Positions 36,582-49,285 are shown, counted from the whole stretch's first letter. The stretch is 62,266 nt of DNA, filler included, from Rhabdomonas costata (GCA_019059605.1; 29 parts of 29 records of this genome joined end to end with filler, not necessarily neighbours in it); one strand, 5' to 3'. Made by a program: numbers and translations. The notes: generated by a model not told the origin, from the letters alone.

Positions 36582-38619
36582 GATTTCGCCGCCACCTCCA
36601 CGGCTCTGCTGGCCCGCGCTGGGATTTGCTCCCTGTGGAGTGCTGTGGATGATGGTCAAGAAGAAGAGGCATTGGAAAGAATCAGATGTATTGCCGGGGA
36701 AGACGCAGAGAGTGATCTCTTTGATGAAACTGACCTGAATGACTTCGATGCCACGAAATTGAACTACCTTGCGCCTTTTGGAGAAGTTCCGGAACCCGTG
36801 ATGCCTCAAGCGGACCTGGGATACAAGTTCACGTACCCTCTTTTCCGAGATGGATGTGATCCAGGCGTGGAAATGCGCATCACTCGAATTATTTGGATTG
36901 CATCGAAGGAACATCATGAGCTTTATTTGCGTCGCATAACTAACCTGATGCGGAGCAAGAGAATCCTGGTCGAAAAAGTTTATGGTACGGAACAGTTCAG
37001 GCAGAGGCTGAAGACGCGTGAGCCTCCAGTGAACTTCGTGATTTCCAGCTTGTTTGTCACTCACGAAGACCACGCGGTGAGCGCCGATGGCCACGTCGAG
37101 GACAGTGGGCATAAGGCCATTGCCGAAGCCAGTCGCCTTTTGAAAGAAGACAAGACTCTGTCCTTTCGCATTGTTTGCGCACCGATGACTGCCATCGGCT
37201 CCCGAGAGCGGTCCACCTTGTACTCCGAAGGGGCTCACATGGTTTCCTTTAACCTCCATGCTCTGGAGCTTGATGAAGTGATGGAGAAGCTTGCGTTCGT
37301 GCAGCGCTATGGCAACCAGCTTCTAAACATCGTCCGACTGCGGACGACGGAGCTTAAAAAAATTCAGTTTGAAAACGGTGTCCGGACGCGCGAGACAGCG
37401 CTCGAGCAGCCCCCGGGCGATCATGGCGGGGAACACGCTTGGAAAGCCACGGTGCTGGTGAAGAAGATTTTGGAAACAGGAGTGGGTGTTAACTACGCAC
37501 CTCGCGCATGGGCTCCTTTACATCACGCTGCCAAGAAAAAGAAGTTCAACACGGAGTTGGTTCGCGCTTTGCTCAGTGCACAGGGGGTTGATGTCGAGGT
37601 CCGAAGCCGATACACCTTTGGAAATGTGCCGAAAGGCTCGACCCCATTAATGGTTGCCGTGGAGTACGGAAATGAGAAAGCCGTGGATCTTCTTCTCGAA
37701 TTTGGAGCTTCACCAGTCACCCCCGCTGACTTGTCAGCGGACGGCACTGTTGTTTCTTGTGACCTGCCCGCTGCCCAGGCACAGGAGACCACTCGCGCAG
37801 ACGAGGAGCCCTCACCCAGCCCCCCCGTTGGAGAAGCGGGCACTTTGAAAGGAAGGGTTGCATCTTCGGGAATGACACCAATTGAGCTGGCTTTTCGGAA
37901 GAAAAACGATGCATCCGACCAGGACAAACAGAAGTTCCGCTGTATCTACCAGAAGCTGCAGAAGGCTGCGAACGGAGAGGGTGTGTCCGCGAAAGCTTCT
38001 GTCCCCCGCGACCATCCGGTGTTGACTCACCCTCTCCTGACTGTGTTATGGATATCAACCTCGCCGAGATTGTCGCCTGATACGTATGAGGACCGGAGAT
38101 CTCTGGAAGAAGTGGGCTCCCTCTGCATCCGCACTATGACGATTCCCGAGTGGGCCGAGCAGGCCAATGAGGAAGGAGCAGGTCCTGAGCTTGCGAAAAA
38201 GCTCACGAAATACTTGGAGACTCAGTTTGCGGCCTACACTCATGATTTGGACGAACTCGATCGAGACACGCATGAAGTTGTGGAGCCTCTTGCATGGCTG
38301 CAGGTTGTCGTGTTTGAGCTTTTGAATGTGAAACACTTGGAACTTTGGGAGCAATGTGTGAAGATGCTTCACGAGAGGATACTCGAACGCCGAGGGGCGA
38401 AGGGTGCGCCCTGGCTGAAGTTCATCACGTATGCTAAGCTTGGTGGGTTTGTGGTGACTACGGATGTGAAGGAGAAGGTCTCCTCCGATTTCTATTTTCA
38501 CGATCAAAAGAAGAATTCTGTTCTGTTCTGTACCCGAGTTCGGGTGTCATTGGAGAAAGTCCCTGAAACGCAAACCGAGCTGCCGAAATCCAAGTACCCT
38601 TTGATGCACGTTATCACAA
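36582..38619 (+). CDS. Long uninterrupted ORF (>670 aa) with ankyrin repeats flanked by alpha/beta domains; open at the 3' contig end
   Basis: APLHHAA..ELVRALL..GVDVE and GSTPLMVAVEYGNEKAVDLLLEFGA are ankyrin repeats; no stop over 2 kb. Confidence 0.85.
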
Positions 38620-38926
38620 NNNNNNNNNNNNNNNNNNNNNNNNNNNNNNNNNNNNNNNNNNNNTTAATTAATTAANNNNNNNNNNNNNNNNNNNNNNNNN
38701 NNNNNNNNNNNNNNNNNNNTGTTGGGTGGTGCGTTGCAGTGCAACCCTTGCGGTAAGGTGGGTGGAAAGCCTTGTGCCAACTTCTCTCTCCCGATTTTTG
38801 TGCAGACCTCCACCTCTTCCTCCTCCTCCTTTTTTGTAATTTGGGTTTCTTTTCTTTTTTTTCCTTTTCTTTCCCTTCTTGTCCATCCCACACACCCCTT
38901 CGGGTTGCACCATGCAGCCGTTTGTG

Positions 38927-40204
38927 ATGAGCTCCGCCTCGCCCGCGGCCGCGGCCGCACCGTCGCAGCGGTATCGTCGGCTGGAAGCCGTGGGGGAGGG
39001 TGTCTACGGGGTGGTCTACAAGGCCCAGGACACTGTCGCTGGGACCATCGTGGCCGTGAAGAAAGTATGCCTTGTCCCCTTAATGCCTTAGCACATTTTC
39101 CGGCCTGTGCAGGGAAACGCCCATGTATACGGACCTCTGCAAGAGTCCGTCTTCTGTCGGTCTGTACTCGTGCGGATGCCTCGGCTGGGATGCCTCGCGA
39201 ACTCCATTGGGTCGTCTCTGTGCCTTCGAATCTAGCCAAATTTTTGACCTGTTCTTTGCCCTTCCCCCCTTCTGGGTCCCTCTGAACGAGGCCGGAGCTC
39301 GATTGGTTGGACCTTACTTGGAACCGAAGATGGGATGGATGTCACGCCTACTGTGGTAACTGAGCTGCATCTCGTGGCACGACAGTTCTTCGAGCCATGC
39401 TTCTCCTTGATAAAGTGATCTGCTGCTGCCTTCCTCCTTTCTGGCTTCTGGTCGCATCTCTGTACATAATTCTTATCTTTAGAGCTCCGTACCCCACCCC
39501 CCGCCCACCACTACCACCTACCACCGATGTTCTGTTGCTTGGCGAAATGCCCTACTTCCCACGTTTGCGGTGTGTTCGTCCGTTCATGTGATGATGGTGC
39601 TGGTGAGTGCCATCCGGCGTGGGTGGGTCTGTGCAGATCTTACTGGACACGGACGAAGGGGTCCCGGCGACCGCCCTTCGTGAGATCAGCATTCTCACGG
39701 AGCTCGACCACCCGTATCGCAATCCCATCCCCCCTACTTTTGAAAATGCAATGCAATTTGGGTGGCACCAATGCGTTTGCGATTCGCAGGGATCGTCCTG
39801 TCTTCAGGGTTTTCACGGCCTTGTCCTTGGTCATAATATGCTTCGGCATTTCAATGGAGGGCTGTATCGGTTTCTATGCCCATACACTGCTTGACTTCTA
39901 ACATCATATATGCATGGCAGGGCTTAAGAGAAGCGTCAATGGAGTTTGTGTCATACCTCTCGACAGTTGTGTGAAGTGCCCTGTGCGTGGGCGATGCAGG
40001 GGAGTAGTCAAGCTGCTGGACGTAGACTTTGTTCGAGGACGGCTGTTTGTGGTGATGGAATGGATGGAGATGGATCTCAAGCGGGTGCTGACCCGGCAGC
40101 AGGCGCTGCCCCCCAACGTGGTGCGCGACTACCTCCGGCAGCTTCTGGAGGGGCTGTGGTTCTGTCACACCCATGGCATCATCCACCGCGACATCAAGCC
40201 CCAG
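38927..40204 (+). CDS. Cyclin-dependent kinase (cdc2-related), 5' part (exons 38927-39064, 39637-39713, 40000-40204)
   Basis: GEGVYGVV, VAVKK, EGVPATALREIS, HRDIKPQ; in-phase introns. Confidence 0.92.
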
Positions 40205-41213
40205 GTCGGCCACCGGGTTGGTTTGGTTCAGTTCCATTGGACTTTTTCTATAGGTACAGCTCTTGTCGTACACATTTGTTACAGCTCAAACGTTCCCTAG
40301 CCGGCCCTGACACCCAAACCCTGAGACCCAACCCTCAAACCCTGACCCTCATCTCCCCCCCGCTGAGCCATAACCCTGATGCTCCAGAGCACCTCACACC
40401 TGGGGGCACAAATACCAACCACTGTAAGGTGGGACCTGTGGTGTACCTGATAGTGGGCTTGGTATGCGATCAGGGGTCATCATCATTGAACTATCCATGA
40501 CAACCTGACTTGCTGAAAGGACGGTTGCTTTCTATGTCGAGCTCTTCACTTTAAAGTGTACTCTTTGAAGCGAGTTTCACATTGTACTGGACTCTATAGT
40601 GGAAAACGCATTGTAAAAATCCAGCTCTTTTCGTTTTTCTTTTCTTTTCTTTTCTTTTTCCTCACAACACTCGGTGCTTTCTGACGCGACATGATATTGT
40701 CCGCGGTTTCGAAATCTGAGGTTTTGTGGTTTCTGTTCGGCATTGCCTTCCAACCGTCCCCAACCCCACNNNNNNNNNNNNNNNNNNNNNNNNNNNNNNN
40801 NNNNNNNNNNNNNTTAATTAATTAANNNNNNNNNNNNNNNNNNNNNNNNNNNNNNNNNNNNNNNNNNNNGTGGTGGTGTGAGAGAGTTTTTGGGGTTGGA
40901 AAGCGGGAGCTCCTGCAAGAGACTGGAACGCGGAAGATCCGGGGCGGAAGGCGTTTCTTTGCTTTTATCTTTATTGTTGGGTGGGCTTTGCTCGTGGTAC
41001 CGGATGATTAGCATTTTCCACTCCGTTGTTTGACGCTCTATGAACACACCAAGGATATGACTCTGTTTCAGCCTGGTTTTTGGTTTTTGTTGTTTGGGTG
41101 CGGTGTTGCCTGGTTCGCGGTGAGCGTCCGGACGGGGAACTGAACGCAGTTTGAGGTTGTCAATTTACGGGTTCATGTTTGCTGTTTTCGCCCTATGCCT
41201 TCCTTGGGTTTAG

Positions 41214-42102
41214 TTGTGATCGCCAAGGCCAAGGGCTGCGAGGTTTGGGACTGCGAGGGCAAAAAGTACTACGACTTTCTGAGTGCCTACTCGGCTGTTA
41301 ACCAGGTCAGCACTCTTTAGTGGAGAATCTATCGGGCTTAATTAGGTTTTCGGGCTTTTTCTCTGGTTCTTGCCCATAAGGCCCAGGAACTTTTAGTGGT
41401 TTATCCATCGTCGCTGGTTCATGATCCTCTAATGGTTGCGGGAATCTGTTTTTCGTTGGCACAGGGTCATTGCCACCCCAAAATTATTGATGCTCTGAAG
41501 AAGCAGGCAGACATTTGCACCCTGACCAGTCGTGCTTTCTACAACAACGTTCTGGGGGAGTTCGAAGAGTACATCACCAAGTTGCTGGGCTACGACAAGG
41601 TGGTTATGCCTACTCTGGTCAGAGCAGTTTAGATGGGTTCTTTGTCTTCAAACGGACCATGCGTTTGTTTTACACTTCAGGTTCTCCCTATGAACACCGG
41701 AGCGGAAGCGTGTGAGTCCGCTTTCAAGCTTGCTCGTCGATGGGGGTACGATGTCAAGAAAGTGCCAAAAGATCAGGTGCTACTGCGCTCTCGTCATGCC
41801 TTTGTTTTTTTTGAAGGTATGGTGTGTGCATGCTCGTATGTTGAGTTGTGCTCGCGCAGGCCCGCATTGTGGTGGCGGAGAACAACTTTCACGGAAGGAC
41901 GATTGCCATGATCTCCCTTTCGAACGACCCCGATAGCTACGGTGGGTACGGCCCCCTGGTGCAAGGCATTGACCGCGTTCCATATGACAACATCGAGGCC
42001 ATGGAGAAGGCCACTCAGGACCCTAACGTTGTGGCCGTGATGATTGAGCCCATCCAAGGGGAAGCTGGGGTGTACGTTCCGTCCCCTGGATACCTTCAGA
42101 AG
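41214..42102 (+). CDS. OAT: Ornithine aminotransferase (internal exons 41214-41305, 41465-41599, 41681-41776, 41860-42102)
   Basis: [52 protein letters not shown]. Confidence 0.95.
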
Positions 42103-43020
42103 GTCGGTGTGATTACAGCGGTTTTTCATTGCACACATGGGTTCACATGGGACAAAGGAAGTTTTTCCGTAACGCCTGGGCTTTTGACGACCAAGAGACT
42201 AAAAAAGCTCAATAATAATTCCCCCATGAATTTCAGTCTTCTATGTCCACGCGAATACACGAATAATACTAACAAGTGGTAAATCGAGTTGGAGTGAACA
42301 AAAAAAACAACAGATAAATGGCATTTCGGTGGATCTTATGACATTTGAGCGGGCGCACGCGGCTTCAACCAGTTACTATTTTTTTTCGGGGGGGGGGGGT
42401 GTCTGAGAAATTCTTGGAGCAAGATAACATTAAACAGCTGCTGAAAGGCAAACTCACTGGCTAGAAAATAGCGACTGAGCTGCACCCCAGGGCTTTGCCC
42501 TCGAAGCCTTTGGTATTCAGTGGTTGCCAATAAAATAAATAAAATAAATTGGGCAATTCGCTCTGGATTGTCGAGCTTTTTGACGATTTTGTGTCCAGGA
42601 AGCTGCGGTTACGTTTGTTGAATGGCCCCCTTTTTATGGTGCCGCTGTAAAATTTAACAGCAATGCTGTAAAAATTCAAAAAATGTAAAAAAAAAATTGT
42701 TGCGGTCGGTGTTGTTGCAGTCAAAAATGTAAAAGTTTTATAGCGGTGCTATAAGAATTTTAATGCGACGGTATAACATTTTTCCAAAATTTCAAAAAAT
42801 GTCAAAGTCTCTTGCACCACCATAAAAATTATGAGATTTTTTCCGAGCCCGTATAATAGGGGCGCTGAAATTTTAATTACTAAAATAAATTTGAAAACTT
42901 TTATAGCGAAGAGTTTATTTNNNNNNNNNNNNNNNNNNNNNNNNNNNNNNNNNNNNNNNNNNNNTTAATTAATTAANNNNNNNNNNNNNNNNNNNNNNNN
43001 NNNNNNNNNNNNNNNNNNNN

Positions 43021-44890
43021 GAGCGAAGAAGAACTCCTGCAGGCTAAGATGGGTGAAGGAGACCAGGGCGTGCATCTCTCGGAGGCGGCCCATCCGCAAG
43101 GGGGCACACAGCAGCAGGGAATCGATCAGCTCCCTCTCTTTCTCCGGCCGGGGGGGTGGGAGGCCAGCCTCCATCCGAGAGCGAAAGATCTCCCTGACCT
43201 TCCCCATGGACTGGTGGGTGGTTCGGCTGACGCACAGCTGCATCGCCATCTCCTCGCAGGAGCGGAACACAAGGGGCACCACAGGGACGTCAAGGAACAC
43301 GTCCCCCGCCCCGGAATCCTTCAACCGGGCTTCCCACTCCCGCCTCACTTGGGCCTCAATCACAATCCGGTACACCTCGCCCCGGTTCAGGGCCTACACG
43401 AAAACAAATCGCTTCAAAAAAGAGCCCTATGCCACCCAGAAGACACCAAATCATTCCTGAGCACATCGCCGAGAAAACTCAAACAAAGGAAAAAAATACC
43501 GGCGATGGTCACTTCACTGTTCCCCTGTGGGTAGTGAATTCGCTTCATTAAAGGGCACAAATGAGGCGAGAAAAATGGGCAATAAGCACGTCGACAGTGA
43601 AAGTCCAAAATCGTCCTTCACCAACAGGCCCAAGTACCTTATGCAAACCAGTACTGCATGCGGCCCACACTTTTTTCTCCCGGTCAGTGAGTCCACACGA
43701 CGGAATTTCGACGGTGATGTTCTGCGGCGGAACCCGATGCCCGTCGATGCCGCTCGTGCGCACCCATGCAACATTGTTGCTTTATATGGGGTTAGGTTTG
43801 CGGTACACGCTCCCATCTGATTTCCAGGATGTCTGGATGCAGCCCAAGAACCTGTGAGAGTGGGCCACACACCCTCATTCGATCACGTGTCCTTCCTCAC
43901 TGGACGGGAGAAAAAAGTGGGGGTCGCATATTGTGCTGATTCTTCACTGTTCAGATGGAGGTCCAACAAAAGAAGTCCTGATATTTCTGGGGTGCACGGG
44001 GTACTTCCAAACAAGACCCACAAAAACGTAGGGACTACCTGATACCGCGGCTCCTCAAGCTTCTGCAGCAACCCTTTCACGGGCTCCCTCGGAGTTTCCT
44101 TCTGCGCTTCTTGCTGCACGCCATCGCTTGGCAGGTCCCGAGGTGTTTGCCTCTCCAGCTTCGGCGAGGTATCCTTAGATAAATCCTGCGGAGCTGGCTC
44201 CCTCACCTGCTGGGGGACGTTCTGGAGAAGGTCCTGCGGTGGCGGTGGCGGGGCATCCTTTGGGAGGTCTTGTGGTTTCTCCGCCTTCAGCATCATCACG
44301 GCAGAGCACAGCATCGATCCCAGTACTGGAATCCGACTGAGCTCACGAAGCTCGGGGATGGCCCAGATCCGGGCCACGAGCTGCCCTCCTCTCTTCTGCC
44401 CCAACTCAGCGGCGCGCCTACGCTCCTGCTCGTCGTGGTTCCGAACGACGTCTCGGCGCCCCCTCATCATTCCTTCAAAGACCACACTGGGACTCCTCTC
44501 CTCCACGGGGACCTTGGCGAACCGCAGGCCCTCCCTCACCATCTCCGTGGCCTCCCTGGCATGCCGAGCCTTCAGCTTTGTCTTTCGCGTGGCAGCCTCA
44601 AACTCTGCCCGGGCGACGGAGGAGCATACCAACTGCCGGAAATCCTCCTCTGTGAAGGGCACCACCCAGTGCTCGGAGACGTCTGCGCGCTGCCCAAGGA
44701 CAGAACCCGCGGTGTGAACGGCGTCGGGGCGAGAGGTGACCACGACACATCGTAGGGCAGGCCCCAGCAGCGCCGAGAGCAGACTGACCAGCCCTCCACT
44801 CCCCACCACACCGGCGCGCACTGCAGGGACGACCTCGTCCCAGGAGTCACAGATCATCACGATGCTCTGCCACTCAGAGGCAGCAAAGTC
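43021..44890 (-). CDS. NACHT/STAND NTPase (exons 44890-44039, 43393-43021; partial)
   Basis: Walker B VMICDSWDEV, sensor VVVTSRP, LSRIPVL, winged-helix FTHLSLQEFFFA. Confidence 0.88.
43649..43938. mobile_element. MITE-like element in the NACHT intron
   Basis: 34-bp imperfect inverted repeat at 43658-43691 / 43896-43929, loosely extendable to CAG..CTG ends. Confidence 0.65.
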
Positions 44891-45170
44891 CTGACATTGA
44901 GATAAGCAAACGGCTCCCCAAACGGCTCAATGAAACAGACGTATCCAAAAAATCCACAAACGCGAAAGAATGATACGGTAACCCAGTTATAGAATACAGC
45001 AGAAAAAGGAAAAAAAAATAGAAACAAAAATGGGAAGTCTGTCCGCTGATAGAAACATTGCGTATGAGTNNNNNNNNNNNNNNNNNNNNNNNNNNNNNNN
45101 NNNNNNNNNNNNNTTAATTAATTAANNNNNNNNNNNNNNNNNNNNNNNNNNNNNNNNNNNNNNNNNNNNT

Positions 45171-45559
45171 GTGTTGGTGACATCTTGCATTGACCTGTTT
45201 TCAACAGAGAGGCATCATCAGGTACAGCGGTATTTTACAGTGGATGAGTGGGATACAGAGGCATTGGGACATAATGCTTTTGATTTTGTGTGGAGTCCAG
45301 ATGTGTGCCTGTACCCAACCCGCCGTGGAGCGTAATCGCTCACGTGCTGGCAAAAGCATGTCGGGAGAAATCTCGGCTTATGCTGGTGACTCCAGAGTTG
45401 CCAGATGCACCGTGGTACTCGACTCTGAATGAGCTGACGGTGCGAAGCCAGCGTTGGAATGGAAGGTTGTACCTTGATTTCACAGGACGTTCGAGGTCAA
45501 AGCCCAGCTGGGCTACGCTCTTTTATTATGCGGTGGGAAGATATGTGGAAGGAGTGTAG
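45171..45559 (+). pseudogene. Dam-like (DIRS-type) N6-adenine methyltransferase domain with one frameshift near 45313
   Basis: IDLFST..YFT..ALGHNAFDFVW..LY[fs]NPPWSVIAHVLAKACREKSRLMLVTPELPDAPWYSTL. Confidence 0.8.
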
Positions 45560-45929
45560 TCAGTGGGTTTCCACACAGGTGGGTTAGGTGGGTTTTCCAC
45601 AAGTTGGTAAGTGGTGTAGACGTAGTTAGGACGATCCATGGACTTTTGTCTTTGTCTTTGTGTTTGCATTCTTTGGCAAAATAGGCAAAATATCCAGAGA
45701 GGAGTACCATTTACAGACTCCAGATTTAGGTTTTGGTTGGAAGGTGGTGGAATGTGAGGAGGGAGTGGAACATCTCCCCCTCGGGTGCCAGCTCCAAATT
45801 TCTCCAGTGATCTCCACAGTTACCGACCCTGAGTACCATTCCACCAGTGTTGGAGGATCATGCCATGGTGACGTATGTGATGGAGGTGGTTGAACAAATT
45901 GAGGGATCGGTTCTGATTTCATAACGGGA

Positions 45930-47200
45930 TAATATCGAGTGGTTGTTAAATGAGGTTCTGAGGAGAAAGCTTGTTTCCAGAGAGTTGTTGTACCAACTTC
46001 AAGAGACGAGGCAGTGGGTGAAGTACACCCATCGATCCCCGAATCCCCCTCCACATCCACCAGTTGCAGATACGTTGGGAGAGATTTTGCGACAGATGAA
46101 GATGAGTAGTGGACCTTTAGTGGACCTCCAAGATGAGGTAATGCACAGCAAGGGACGGAAACCACAATGGCAGTGGTGGAAAGAGCCACGCTATCGACTT
46201 CCGCAGAGAGTGCAGTTCACAAGGCGAATGGAGAAGGACTCCAATTGAGTTGTTTTGTGCAAATTGTCGGTAAATTAGGTACCATGCCGATTAAGTTGTT
46301 TTTGGGAGTGATTCAGACGGCAATTCCAGTGGTACTTGGCTATCAGTTTTTGACGAGGCTACAGCCACAGATTGACTGGAAGCGTAGGTGTGTCAATGTA
46401 TGGAGAGGCGGAAGGATTTACGACATTCAGGCGCTACCAGCAGTGGATTATTTCAGAATGTTGTTCCAAACAACAGGGATGATGGAATCCGAGCCGTAGG
46501 AAGTTGTTCCAGAGCTTCCACATATCTCTCAAGTGCGGAAATGGTCTGTGCTGTGCCCCCATGGTTCCAGATAGCAGAGTAGCAGGGGGGGATGGGAGCG
46601 ACACCCCAATGGATGTCTGGATGTTGTTTGGTTGCAGAAAGAAGCGAGCCTATTGTGGTGACCGTTACAAGGGGTGCGGAGTCTCTTCCAGAGTTGATTC
46701 CAGATGGTGCTATTTCCTCATTGGAGGTGGAAGAGGTCACTCCGACTAAGCAGGACCAGCGAGCCATAGCTAGGGATTAGGAGCCTAAGTGGGATGTCAA
46801 AATGAAGTTGCGAGATTCGACGTGGACCACAGCATTTGTGGCCTCACTTGTGCGGTGTTACCAACACCTCCAGAAATCGAGAAGTTAAACCAAGAATTTG
46901 CGCACATCTTTCCAGCGTCAGTTTCCGGAGGGTTACACACTTCGAGGAGTACGGACCACAGGATTGATTTGAATCCTGACAGCAAGCCAGCCCAGAGGCT
47001 GTACAGAATGTCCCCGGCGGAAGATGAAGAATTTCTGAAGCAACTGAAGAGTCTCCAGGAACTTGGTTTTATAGAGCCAGCAACCTCGCCTTACTGCGCA
47101 GGTGTGCTGTTCGTTCCAAAGTACAACGGTAAGTTGCGGTTGTGCGTGGATTACAGACCGTTGAATGCTATCACTGTTACAGATGCGTATCATTCAACGG
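45930..47200 (+). mobile_element. Ty3/gypsy pol remnant: aspartic protease + start of reverse transcriptase
   Basis: ANG..VVLGYQFL..PQIDW (protease C-terminal half); EFAHIFP..DHRIDL..YRMSPAE..GFIEPATSPY..VLFVPKYNGKLRLCVDYRPLNAIT (gypsy RT). Confidence 0.92.
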
Positions 47201-49285
47201 TCTGTAATCCACCCACACNNNNNNNNNNNNNNNNNNNNNNNNNNNNNNNNNNNNNNNNNNNNTTAATTAATTAANNNNNNNNNNNNNNNNNNNNNNNNNN
47301 NNNNNNNNNNNNNNNNNNGTGTTGTTTTCTCTTGAGAGTACCTCACCTGCGTCTCTCTAGCTATACTCAGATGTTTACGCACTTCACGTTTTGTGTTTGG
47401 TTTTGGTCTCCCTGTTTTGACCCGGGGAAAGGAACTCCATTCCTCCATCCCCAGGAAATGAGGCATTTTCGATAGTTCCAAAGGCTGGTTGACGTATTGC
47501 GTATTGCGATGTGTGTGATGCGATAGATAGTGAATTTCAAGTTGTTATGCGTTTATCATACATCATTTTTTCTACGAAAGGTGTTCACTGCCTCTCTCTC
47601 TCTTTCTTGCTCCTGCTTCCTCTAACTCTAATTTCCTTCGGAAACTTTTGTTTTCTCTCTGCAAGCACAAGAGAACAGCACAGAAAGCACGTCCATGGGA
47701 ATACAGAAGGCGTCAAGCCAGCGTTCAAAGTGACCAAGGTTTTCGCACATCGCAGACAACGAATTATGGCGGGCGGGCGGGCACCAAAAAAAAGGCAAAA
47801 ATAAACAATGTGCTGCAGAAAACATCAGACAATATATTGGGTGCTTGGGTTTTGGCACGTCCCGCAGGGTCCGGGGGGGGGATTCCAGAAATTCTTTCCG
47901 AAGGCACGGAAACTAGCAGATTATTGAAAAGCTCAGCGCCCTCATAACCTGGCAAACGAAGTACGCCCGCCGTGTACGCTGCTCTGGGGGGGGGGGGGGG
48001 GGTTGTCGAACCCCGGTTTGGGCCCCAATCCCACCCCTCTTTCCTCTGCTATGTCCACAGCTATGTCCGATGGCTAAGTAGGAAAAGACGACCCGTGGAC
48101 ATACGAAATCCGGACTCCCTTGTTTTGGGAAGACTGAGGCAATATGTTCCCTGGTCTCCAACTGGGGCATGCCCTGGATGCCTTGTTTGATTTTTTCGCG
48201 CGGGGGGCCTAGGGTGAAAGTGAAAAAAGGGAAGAAAAAACCCAACCCATTCCGCGCTTCCTGCAATTATAATTGAAACTCTCCAAAAATAAAACTCTTC
48301 AATGTTCAGAGGCTGCATTCCCTTAATGCTTCAGGATGGGAACGCCAGCAGAGAGCGGTGTGCGCGGTGTTCTCCATGCCTTCCATACCTGGCACCCCAC
48401 GGGGGAGGGGCGAGGGGGTTACGGGTTTTTATCTGGATGGTCGTGCCGCTATGACACGATACTTTGATATCTTTCCTTCTGACTGACGTATGACACAACG
48501 GATGCTTTACACAAACAGACTGTGAAAGAGGATGAGGGTGGGAGGTGAGAAGATAACCCTCAAAATGTGAACCCCCAGAGCCATTCGACATGGCGGTTCG
48601 GTTCCTTCCGCACGGAAGGAACACGCAGCCCATTTCGGATGGTGGCGGCCTTTCGTAAATGAATGCGTTGTGCATGGGAAAGTCTCTCAGAATTTCGCGC
48701 TTCCCTTGCTTTCAGCGGGTTGGCTCGTTTCCTTTGCAAAGTGACTCAAAATTGTCGTCTTGCTCTCCTTCGGAGTAATATCGGATTCCCTTTCTTCCCT
48801 CTGCTCGCAGGACAAGCGTGCCCGATTTTTTAACAGCTCTCCGTGCGTAGCCTCTGGTCCTTACCCTCTCTCTCTTTGCTTTGCTATCTAAAATCCCCTG
48901 TGTGGCTTGCTCTGGGAATCTAGGCATGCTTGTCGCACATCTTATCATCGCACTCTGTGCCGTTGCTGAGGCTGCCTGGAGGCTGAGCTGTTGGGCTTGT
49001 GCCCGGCAAACCCAGAAAGCGGATCCCCCTGGATCCCAAAACGAGGCCACCTTCGGACGGCCCTCGAATGCAACCCCCGCGTCCTTCGGCCTCTCTGTGG
49101 CGACCACCCCGCGGATCTCACTGAGGGGCCTGGAGAGCGGGATCGATCCCAGCCACGGCAGCAGTGAAGCCCACGGAAGTCCCCCCCGCACCACATTGTC
49201 TCGGCTGGTTCCTTGGGCTTGCCGTGCTCTTGGGTTCCCCTCTAGCCGGGTTCCGCTCAGCCTTCTGGTGCATCTGCTTGTGTGC

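Noticed and set aside
42530-42920. AT-rich block with repeated aaaaatgt/ttttatagcg words
   Set aside because: Probably a truncated transposon end in an intron; termini cannot be defined
21525-44890. Apparent signalling or defence cluster (cyclase-STAND, HisKA, ankyrin, NACHT)
   Set aside because: The genes are on separate size-sorted contigs, so adjacency carries no biological meaning
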